Shown here: one piece after another, positions 25,584 to 32,842 of the stretch
Numbering within the stretch: the first letter of the stretch is position 1
Layout: each line of letters starts with the position of its first letter
From: Nitrososphaeraceae archaeon
GTDB taxonomy: Archaea; Thermoproteota; Nitrososphaeria; Nitrososphaerales; Nitrososphaeraceae
Assembly: GCA_035640315.1 (NCBI GenBank)
Contig: DASQWJ010000007.1
Location: 1-32,842, forward strand
Length of the DNA: 32,842 nt
Reading direction: 5' to 3'
The notes under the pieces: model-generated
What the model was told of the DNA's origin: nothing
The model's database searches: none
Seen by the model: only the letters and a program-made list of their open reading frames with translations
Made by a program: the position numbers and the translations under genes

Positions 25584-26111
25584 ATGAAATTATTTAGCTC
25601 TACGAACCCATTTTTTAGAACAGCTTTTTCAAATCCAATACACATCGCTATAGCATCTATTGCGGGCACGTTTTTTTGGATAGTAACAAACACGTTTGAT
25701 AATATTTTGTTTTTTTCACCCTTTTTGGCGTTCTATGTACCAAGTGATGTGGTTGGAATGTTTTTGTTGTCTTGCATAAATGCAATTCTGGTTGGTATTT
25801 TGGTAAACTTTAGTCTTCACATCGTGAGAAACTTGAAATTGAAAATAAGCAAATCTGCATTGTCCGGCACAACAATTAGCTTAATTTCCAGTATATGTGT
25901 CAGCTGTTCAACTTTTGCATTTACAGTTGCTTCAACTTTTGGAGCTCTAGGATTTGCGGTATCAGAATTTTTCGCAGCAAATCAAACCATAATAAGAGAA
26001 ATCTCTACTGTTGTTTTGCTATTTGCAGTTTTTGCTAATTATATAAAGATTAAGAAAAGTTGTGAATTAACTCATAGGTATCGAATTGATGGTAGATTCA
26101 CTCAGCAATAG
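25584..26111 (+). CDS. Four-TM membrane protein with CxxC motif
   Basis: Hydrophobic segments, SSICVSCS and a C-terminal KSC; divergent from the 24995-25432 gene. Confidence 0.8.
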   Translation: MKLFSSTNPFFRTAFSNPIHIAIASIAGTFFWIVTNTFDNILFFSPFLAFYVPSDVVGMFLLSCINAILVGILVNFSLHIVRNLKLKISKSALSGTTISLISSICVSCSTFAFTVASTFGALGFAVSEFFAANQTIIREISTVVLLFAVFANYIKIKKSCELTHRYRIDGRFTQQ

Positions 26112-26274
26112 AAGAATTTGTCAGTAGTATTTTATGAATGAGAAGCACAAAGTGATATCAAACCATATTGTACCATTGAAATATTCATAAAAAGAAATAG
26201 GGAGGATTCTAGTTTCAGGATTTCTATTATCATTTGTTGCCGTATGTCGACTTAATAGGTAATAGATAACCTAT

Positions 26275-26475
26275 TTATCCAGTCATATTACCGGTCATTC
26301 CTGTCATGTTACCAGTCATGTTACCGGTCATTCCTGTCATGTTATCTCCCATGCTAGTCATGTTACCGGTCATTCCTGTCATGTTTTCAGCAAACACAAC
26401 AGTACCAATTGCTGGTACTAGTAACATTCCAAGAGCAAAGGTGATTGCTAATGACAAAACAAATAATGTAGCCAT
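26275..26475 (-). CDS. Secreted Met-rich repeat peptide (NMTG/NMTGMTG)n
   Basis: From ATG 26475: a 29-aa signal ending VFA, then ENMTGMTGNMTSMGDNMTGMTGNMTGNMTGMTGNMTG. The TATA box position favours this start over 26541. Confidence 0.82.
   Translation of the reverse strand: MATLFVLSLAITFALGMLLVPAIGTVVFAENMTGMTGNMTSMGDNMTGMTGNMTGNMTGMTGNMTG
26278..26385. repeat. Coding tandem repeat with three identical 21-bp units
   Basis: ACCGGTCATTCCTGTCATGTT at 26290-26310, 26323-26343 and 26365-26385, interspersed with 12-bp and 21-bp variants. Confidence 0.92.
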
Positions 26476-26498
26476 TTTAATATGAAGGAATGCTACTT

Positions 26499-26514
26499 TA
26501 TTTAAATTTTTCTT
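26499..26514 (-). promoter_or_regulatory. BRE/TATA promoter for a near-leaderless transcript of the Met-rich peptide
   Basis: Minus strand has purine-rich AAGAAAAA overlapping TTTAAATA (26506-26499), 24-31 nt upstream of ATG 26475. Confidence 0.55.
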
Positions 26515-26742
26515 GAAATTTTTGGCAAAATAAAACCACATAAAATAACAAAATAATCAATAAAATCCTGATGAATTACATCTTTTCGTTCGATTTATAA
26601 AAATATTGAGTAAGTGCATCATCCAAATACCAAGACAAATTAAGATATTACCAATTAACAGCAATAATATTATTGATATTTTTAGTCATAGTAGAAATTA
26701 ATATGAATAATCGTTGTATGTTCGTGATAATGATTCAAATTC

Positions 26743-27246
26743 TTGAATTTAGGCTCTAGGATAGGCTTATTGATTTATAAATTCAATAGTGCATATGGTA
26801 TGTGGAAAATGAATTCAATTTTTAGCTACGGTTTATTGCCTATCAGAATTATGGCTGGTATCGTATTTATCTCGCACGGTATACCAAAATTTTATGATAT
26901 ATCAGGAGGATATGGGTTTTTTCAATCAATTAATTTGCCTCCTGAACTGTTCATTCCAATTGCGCTCCTTGAGACGATAGGTGGTTTAGCTATCTTATTT
27001 GGGATAGTAACTAGAGTTGCTTCCTCACTATTTATTATAGAAATGATTGGGGCAATAATAACTGCCAAATTATCTAAAGGATTTATTGGTGGATATGAAT
27101 TTGAATTGCTTCTGATATCTATTTGCTTTACATTAGTTATTTTAGGTCCAGGAAAAATATCAATTGAAAATTATTTCTTAAAAAGAGAAATTTTCCCTAA
27201 AGGGAAACAGTTGTATAGAAAAACTACAAATACAGAAATTAGATAA
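26743..27246 (+). CDS. DoxX family membrane protein
   Basis: RIMAGIVFISHGIPK, LETIGG, GIVTR, GGYEFEL and GPGKISI. The likely start is ATG 26800 or 26809, after TTTATAAA at 26774. Confidence 0.9.
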   Translation: MNLGSRIGLLIYKFNSAYGMWKMNSIFSYGLLPIRIMAGIVFISHGIPKFYDISGGYGFFQSINLPPELFIPIALLETIGGLAILFGIVTRVASSLFIIEMIGAIITAKLSKGFIGGYEFELLLISICFTLVILGPGKISIENYFLKREIFPKGKQLYRKTTNTEIR

Positions 27247-27402
27247 ATATTATAGGTTTTATTTAGATTTTACAATCTACAAATTATCTTTTCATATTTC
27301 AATTAATACAGCAAAGGAATCTAATGTGTTGGAAAAAGGGAACTAGATCGGAATTTTATACGTTACTATTTGAAAGGATGAATATTGTGTTGCATTTTAT
27401 TA

Positions 27403-28203
27403 TTATGAGGATAAGCCCCACTTTTCGCGTACCTTTTCTTCGACTTTTGAAAAAACAAATCTATCAAATATCAATCCAACAGCAAATATTACTATCATAG
27501 TTGCAATTATTTGGCTCATGTTAGAAAACTCTCGTCCTATTGCTAGAATATAACCCAGTCCTACTCCAGTTGTTATCAGCATTTCTGCACCAACTAATGC
27601 GTGCCAAGCAAAAGACCAAGTTTGTCTTAAACCCATTATTAAAGAGGGCGCCGAAGCAGGAACCATGACATGTCTAAATAGCAGGAAACCGCCAGCTCCC
27701 ATGTTACGTGCAGCATGAAGATATATTGGCGGTATATTTCTAATGGCACCATAAGTTGAATTCATTACTGAGAATACGGAATTCATCACAATAACGAAAA
27801 GTATTCCAAAATCATTAAATCCAATCAAAAGAATCGCAAAAGGTACCCATGCAATACTTGGGAAAGATTGAAGTCCCAAAGCAAATGAACTCATTGTTTT
27901 TCCGAATTGTCTGAATCTAACCATAATGAGTCCAACGCATCCACCGATTACCACAGATATTACAAATCCAATGAATAAACGCCAGAGTGTAATTGCAATT
28001 CCCTCCATCAGTGTATTTTGAGAAACAAGGTCAGCAAATGACTCTGCCACCATTGCCGGAGATGGTAGGGAAACGCGTGGCCATACTTCTAGCGAGAAAA
28101 CAATTTGCCAAATAATTAGAAAAGCAACTAGGAATAAAATTATACTCAGGACATCCTTCGTATTAAAGTTGATTTCTTTTTTTGAATTTGAGGTATTATC
28201 CAT
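27403..28203 (-). CDS. ABC transporter permease, nitrate/sulfonate/taurine (SsuC/TauC/NrtB) type
   Basis: LPSP, TLWRL, FPSIAWVP, EAA-like loop AARNMGA, LVGAEM and GLGY. Confidence 0.92.
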   Translation of the reverse strand: MDNTSNSKKEINFNTKDVLSIILFLVAFLIIWQIVFSLEVWPRVSLPSPAMVAESFADLVSQNTLMEGIAITLWRLFIGFVISVVIGGCVGLIMVRFRQFGKTMSSFALGLQSFPSIAWVPFAILLIGFNDFGILFVIVMNSVFSVMNSTYGAIRNIPPIYLHAARNMGAGGFLLFRHVMVPASAPSLIMGLRQTWSFAWHALVGAEMLITTGVGLGYILAIGREFSNMSQIIATMIVIFAVGLIFDRFVFSKVEEKVREKWGLSS

Positions 28204-28352
28204 TTTAAAAGACCTTTAGATTCGTCGCTACCATAAGAGAAATGTTATCCATAATAAAATTCAAGTAATTGGATCACCATGCCACACAGATTTTGATTGT
28301 TATTGTCATAATGGAAATATAAATGGTTTCGATTGCGAGATTATAGCTAATT

Positions 28353-28368
28353 AATTGTGATCACAATT
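28353..28368. promoter_or_regulatory. Perfect 16-bp palindrome, candidate operator
   Basis: AATTGTGATCACAATT, about 150 nt upstream of the permease start. The sequence is certain; the function is inferred. Confidence 0.5.
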
Positions 28369-28416
28369 TCGAGTAATCTTTTATTCAATAAAGATGAATT
28401 GTTTGTTCACTGATAC

Positions 28417-29175
28417 CTAACTAGGAATCTCCATTAGAGCTTGTTTTATGGCACCTTCAAAAACAGAGTAAGGTTGAGCTCCTACAATTTTTAATGGGGG
28501 TTTTCCCTCAACGATAAGGATGAATGTGGGGGTACTTGTTAATCCTATACTACGTGCCAAATTATCATTTGTGGTTACTAAACTTTCATATTTTTTCGAA
28601 TCAAGACATGCCGAAAATTTGTCTGTATCAGTAACACCTGCGTATACTGCAAATTGAGTTAAACTATTTTTTGATACCCAATCAGTATTCTCACCTTTTG
28701 AATTTCTATATACCTCATCATGATATTGCCAATATTTTCCCTGTTCTGCAGCACAATAAGATCCGATGGCTGCAAGAGTCGATAGCCTGTCTGTTGGCCT
28801 GTCATTTATGACGAAATCTTTAAACAAAAAGTTAATCATTCCTGTATTAACAAAATTATTGACAATTAGATCTTTTGTATCTCTATGAAACCTTGCGCAA
28901 TATTGACACTGATAATCGCCAAATTCCAATAAGGTAATATTCGACTTAGATGTGCCCAACGCAGATGCATTTTGAACTATTGGTTGAAGCAGCGTATTCA
29001 TAAGCTGTTCAGGCTGTTCTTTATTTTGTGGGGCAGTGTTATGTCCTATAGTCAAAAATGCAGTAACCGAACCACCAATTAATACCACACCAAATACCAC
29101 TGCCCACATTAGAGATTTCTTTTTAAATCCCTTGGAATTTGATTTCCTGACCTTTCGCTTCAATATCCTATTCAT
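28417..29175 (-). CDS. Membrane-anchored DsbA/BdbD-like thiol-disulfide oxidoreductase
   Basis: N-terminal TM, EFGDYQCQYC, AAEQGKYWQYHD, cis-Pro motif STPTF and GAQPY. Confidence 0.92.
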   Translation of the reverse strand: MNRILKRKVRKSNSKGFKKKSLMWAVVFGVVLIGGSVTAFLTIGHNTAPQNKEQPEQLMNTLLQPIVQNASALGTSKSNITLLEFGDYQCQYCARFHRDTKDLIVNNFVNTGMINFLFKDFVINDRPTDRLSTLAAIGSYCAAEQGKYWQYHDEVYRNSKGENTDWVSKNSLTQFAVYAGVTDTDKFSACLDSKKYESLVTTNDNLARSIGLTSTPTFILIVEGKPPLKIVGAQPYSVFEGAIKQALMEIPS

Positions 29176-29244
29176 GATTTCAGTAGCATAAAAACCATAG
29201 TAAAAAAACTGTTCATGCTTAAATCGAGGGCAACATTGCCTTAG

Positions 29245-29682
29245 TTAGTTTTGAGAACCGTTTATCGTATCCCAGCATTTTCTACATAACTGTCCATCAA
29301 TTTTCCATTGAGGTTTTGGATTATACCTTATGAAGCCAATTTTTTTTCCACATTTCACACAAAAATTTACTTTTGTTTGATAATCTTGTTCTTTTTGGTC
29401 ATAGCATTTTTCACACAGAAAAACGTCATTTTCTAGACCCCACTGCCATCTTGCTTTCTTTTTTTTCTCTTGATCTACAATTTTATGACATATGAAACAT
29501 TGGTTTTGCTTTTTGGTTAATTGCTGTTCCTCTTCTTGCTGTTTAATAAAAAATTCCTTGGAAGTTTTCAAATGACAGTCACTACAAAGATAACCTGTCA
29601 TATTCCAAGATTTTTCTGGTTTATATCTAAACTTAAGATCTCTATTGCACAAAGTACATGTCTGAGGTTTCCTAAACTGCAA
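29245..29682 (-). CDS. Triple zinc-ribbon protein
   Basis: Three units of CxxC...W...LCxxC (12 Cys). Confidence 0.82.
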   Translation of the reverse strand: MQFRKPQTCTLCNRDLKFRYKPEKSWNMTGYLCSDCHLKTSKEFFIKQQEEEQQLTKKQNQCFICHKIVDQEKKKKARWQWGLENDVFLCEKCYDQKEQDYQTKVNFCVKCGKKIGFIRYNPKPQWKIDGQLCRKCWDTINGSQN

Positions 29683-29774
29683 ACATTATTTTTTCGAGTA
29701 TCCTCTAAAAAAATGTATCTTTACTTTTTGCACTTTGTATTAGTTCGTTTTGGAGTAGATTGGAACTTATTTGC

Positions 29775-30179
29775 TTAATCACTAAATGAAATGATTTGCT
29801 TCTTTCCATATTTTGTAAATAATTCATTATACCTGTCGAACTTTGCCGCACTCAAGTTACCATTATCATCGTACATCTTGACAAAATTTGCTCGGATTGC
29901 AATGTTGCCGTTTGAATCAAAGAATCTGACGCTATACCCATTCATTCCGCTTTCTCTAATTTCTGTTACAAACTTTGCTGTTTTCACATTTTCAAGATTC
30001 AGATGGATATGCCAGGACTTATCCTCATTACCTATAGTCATCCATTTGTCTTTTATACGTACAGGTAATCCTCGCTCAATTCTAACTTCACAAATCCCGC
30101 TCCCACTATTTACTGATAACATAATATCGTCAATATCCAGTATATCGGAAACCAGCTCGTAGATGAGATTGTAAGACAT
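29775..30179 (-). CDS. ChuX/HutX-like (heme-utilisation fold) protein
   Basis: GICEV, WHIHL and YSVRFFDSNG pattern; 134 aa. Family is from recall. Confidence 0.7.
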   Translation of the reverse strand: MSYNLIYELVSDILDIDDIMLSVNSGSGICEVRIERGLPVRIKDKWMTIGNEDKSWHIHLNLENVKTAKFVTEIRESGMNGYSVRFFDSNGNIAIRANFVKMYDDNGNLSAAKFDRYNELFTKYGKKQIISFSD

Positions 30180-30327
30180 TCATGAATATTTGTAACTAGT
30201 TCAATAAAAATATGAGGCTAGAATATTATTTCAAACAATATCCTGGCATGAATTGTTCGGTTCGATGAAACAAGTATAACTCTTTTGTACTAAAAAATAG
30301 TAAAATGACGGTTGGTTAATTCATTCC

Positions 30328-31260
30328 TTATTCTTGTGCTACTTTCCAGTTCGGATGTATTTCATGCCATCCCTTCGGTTTATCCGTTACCCATGCTCCC
30401 CATATGTGTACGTTGTCACCGTCCTTTGGAAGTGCACCCACTGAGTCTTGATCGGGAGGTACTATTTCTACAACCAAGAATCCTTCTGTCTTGTCATTAT
30501 TCTTTTCATTTACCAGAAACTTGAATGGATCATCTACGTTGAGGAAAAATTTGTAATCCCCATCATCCATTTTTTTGGTATGCATTACCGTGCCAGTTGC
30601 GTCCTGACAGTCGGCCAAGACCCTAAGCTCTTCAGCATTTGATGCCCCAGCAAGAACATTACCTGATCTACATTCCGGTCCTGTTATTCCTCTATGTTCA
30701 GATACAACAATCTTGTCTTGAGATTCTACTCTAGTTTGTTCCTCGACAGAAATTGGTGCTTCATCTTCTTCTTCAGAAATTATTAATTCCAATTTTTGCT
30801 GATTTACCACATTTACATTCTGGTTATTCGTCTGATTTACATTTACATTTTGATTGGTTGTTTGACTTACATTCTGATTAGCCTGACTTTCAGTTTGTGC
30901 TGTCTCGTTAGTATTTAATCGAGATTCTTCATTTGCGGTCATATCGGCCTGTGTTTGATTACTGTCGCCTTCTACTGATCCTCCGGTTGTAAGGCCGCCA
31001 CTTGTTTCGTTACTTATAGAATTACCTTCAATACTATTACCAATTGAATCATCGGTACTTTTCGTATCTTTGGAATCTTGATCTTTGGAGTTATCTTGTA
31101 TTACTATTATTTTGGGTTCTTTATTCACCACAGGTTGAGATGCTTCAGCAGATGAAATTGGGAAATTATTCGAAATTCCTTGTGTTGTTACTAAGACAAA
31201 GCTCAAACTTAGTATTAAAAAACACGTTGTCCTACATGCATTCAGTTTAATTAAAGTCAT
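30328..31260 (-). CDS. Secreted protein with low-complexity stalk and conserved-looking C-terminal beta domain
   Basis: Signal peptide and an S/T/N/Q/E-rich linker, then DGDYKF, VVEIVP and GAWVTDKPKGWHEIHP with two Cys. Confidence 0.8.
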   Translation of the reverse strand: MTLIKLNACRTTCFLILSLSFVLVTTQGISNNFPISSAEASQPVVNKEPKIIVIQDNSKDQDSKDTKSTDDSIGNSIEGNSISNETSGGLTTGGSVEGDSNQTQADMTANEESRLNTNETAQTESQANQNVSQTTNQNVNVNQTNNQNVNVVNQQKLELIISEEEDEAPISVEEQTRVESQDKIVVSEHRGITGPECRSGNVLAGASNAEELRVLADCQDATGTVMHTKKMDDGDYKFFLNVDDPFKFLVNEKNNDKTEGFLVVEIVPPDQDSVGALPKDGDNVHIWGAWVTDKPKGWHEIHPNWKVAQE

Positions 31261-31509
31261 TTAATCGAATAAGGCCAACATACTATAAAAGGAACTGACT
31301 GTCATTTATGAAAATTCTCTGAACTTGAGTTTTATGTATTATCCGTTTTTAAAATTCCTGGTTGCTTATCAAATTCTCTATCGTATGATATTATGGTATC
31401 AAGTCAATTTGAGATATTAGTTTTAATCTGATTCCACATCAGAATGAGGATAAAAATGAGAGAAATAATGTTTTTTATATGATAATCTTGCTTACCCTTC
31501 TGATATATA

Positions 31510-32490
31510 TTGTCTGAGAAACATTCTGAAAGAAAATCGCCCGGTGAATATGAATGGCAGATTACTGACAAGGTCAGGGAAACACACGATACCTATACTT
31601 ACTGTTTAAAGCCAAATTCTGTCTCACAGAGATTCAATTTTGGTTTAGGCCAATTTGTAACTTTGAGTACTATGCTCAAGAGACCTATAGCTTCAGGAGG
31701 TTTTGAGGAGAGTGTCGTTAGTCGAGCGTATTCAATTGCATCGTCACCGACGAGAGACTACATCGATCTAACAATCAAGGAAGAAAAGCCATATGGTTAC
31801 ATCAATCCTGTTACAAAAAAATCTGATGCCTTTGCCGCTTATTTTAACAAGCAGGTAAAGATAGGAGATAAGATCAAGTTAAGACTAAATCCAGCTAAGG
31901 AGCATTTCTTGTCGAAAGTAGATTCAGGAATTGAGAAGAACGTAGCATACTGGTCTGGAGCAAATGGAGCACAATCTGCAAGATGCCTGATTCAATATAT
32001 GGAGGATAAGAAGGATTCTGGACAGAATCTTGTACTATTTTATAGTAACACTAAATTGTCCATAGAAACTGAGAACGGCGAAACCAGTAATACCGATCAT
32101 CATCCTGTTGAATCTCTGAATGTGATCTACTATAATTGGTTAATAGATGCGGCAAAAAAACTTGACAATTTGAAGGTGGTGTTTACATTCACCAGAGAAC
32201 AAGAGATTCCTACGTCCAAGATTTCGAGGGTTAATTTTAGGAAAGGAAGATTCTTCTTAAATCCCGATGGTTCTCCAGAAAGAACCTTATCTAAATATGG
32301 TAACGATATTGAAACATCATTCAACCCTGTTTGCGGTAGTAGCGCGTTCATAAACGGTACAGTAAGGATGCCAGATGGCAAGATAAATAAAGGAAAGGGA
32401 ATTTTACAAAATTTGATGGAGCTGGAAGGAATAAGACCGGAAAAGACCGATAAGGAGCAATTTTACTTACAACAAGTTGGTGCAAATTAG
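31510..32490 (+). CDS. FAD-binding ferredoxin-NADP+ reductase-like oxidoreductase
   Basis: FGLGQFVTL, RAYSIASSP (FAD), LFYSN, FTFTRE, VCGS and C-terminal EQF. Confidence 0.85.
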   Translation: MSEKHSERKSPGEYEWQITDKVRETHDTYTYCLKPNSVSQRFNFGLGQFVTLSTMLKRPIASGGFEESVVSRAYSIASSPTRDYIDLTIKEEKPYGYINPVTKKSDAFAAYFNKQVKIGDKIKLRLNPAKEHFLSKVDSGIEKNVAYWSGANGAQSARCLIQYMEDKKDSGQNLVLFYSNTKLSIETENGETSNTDHHPVESLNVIYYNWLIDAAKKLDNLKVVFTFTREQEIPTSKISRVNFRKGRFFLNPDGSPERTLSKYGNDIETSFNPVCGSSAFINGTVRMPDGKINKGKGILQNLMELEGIRPEKTDKEQFYLQQVGAN

Positions 32491-32659
32491 CGATTATTGG
32501 ATAATTTCAATAAATAGTCTCAGAAATTTTTTGAAATCTTACTTTCACTCAGGCGATGAGTCAATTTGATAGATGATTATTGAATAAAATATATGAAGAT
32601 TTAGCTATAAAATATTGTGCCAACAGTTAATTGTATTATCTTTTAGAGGATATCGACAT

Positions 32660-32842
32660 ATGAATTTGAATAAGGAAATGTCAAGTGCTGTCATTTTTCT
32701 TGTGGCATCTATCATCTTTTTGTCGTCAGCCGCATTGGCACATAATGTATTTGCACAAACCGAAGGAGAAGAAGAATCAACCTCAGCCTCAACCAGCACA
32801 AACTACGAAAATTTCCAGAATTGTCTGTCGGATGCCAGTGGT
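32660..32842 (+). CDS. Secreted protein, 5' fragment
   Basis: Not in ORF track. MNLNKEMSSAVIFLVASIIFLSSAALAHNVFA-QTEGEEESTSASTSTNYENFQNCLSDASG stays open to the window end. Confidence 0.8.
   Translation, partial: MNLNKEMSSAVIFLVASIIFLSSAALAHNVFAQTEGEEESTSASTSTNYENFQNCLSDASG

Noticed and set aside
26278-26385. Three identical 21-bp repeats as a mini CRISPR array
   Set aside because: Spacers are 12 and 21 nt, are themselves repeat variants and keep codon phase; no cas genes are present.
29521-32799. ORFs 29521-29778, 29791-30162, 30312-30524, 30448-30642, 31044-31250, 32130-32381, 32605-32799
   Set aside because: Antisense to supported genes; the last is opposite a clear signal-peptide gene starting at 32660.

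Overview
AT-rich window that reads as an ammonia-oxidising archaeon of the Nitrososphaeraceae (Ca. Nitrosocosmicus-like). This is inferred from gene families, short or leaderless 5' regions with TATA-like boxes, and lineage-style histidine kinase and zinc-finger proteins; no marker gene is present. It holds about 40 mostly monocistronic accessory genes. They include a truncated secreted subtilisin, a polytopic membrane protein fused to a LivJ-type binding domain, and a class III nucleotide cyclase-receiver fusion next to a soluble histidine kinase with three tandem input repeats. Also present are PPK2, an MFS transporter, a metallophosphoesterase, YjbQ, an ArsR/SRPBCC/VOC module, patatin, a DAG-kinase-family enzyme, an O-methyltransferase, UspA and an FNR-like flavoprotein. 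A possible metal/redox block spans an acidic helical exported protein, a CxxC membrane protein, a Met-rich repeat peptide, DoxX, an orphan ABC permease, DsbA, a triple zinc ribbon and ChuX/HutX. Three genes are frameshifted (1591-1944, 15103-15541, 22272-22687). A 32-aa C2H2 microprotein and both edge genes are missing from the ORF track. No rRNA, tRNA, CRISPR array or transposase was seen. The best candidates for undescribed biology are the membrane/Venus-flytrap fusion, the kinase-cyclase pair and the secreted (NMTG)n peptide. All family calls come from motif recognition by eye, not database searches.
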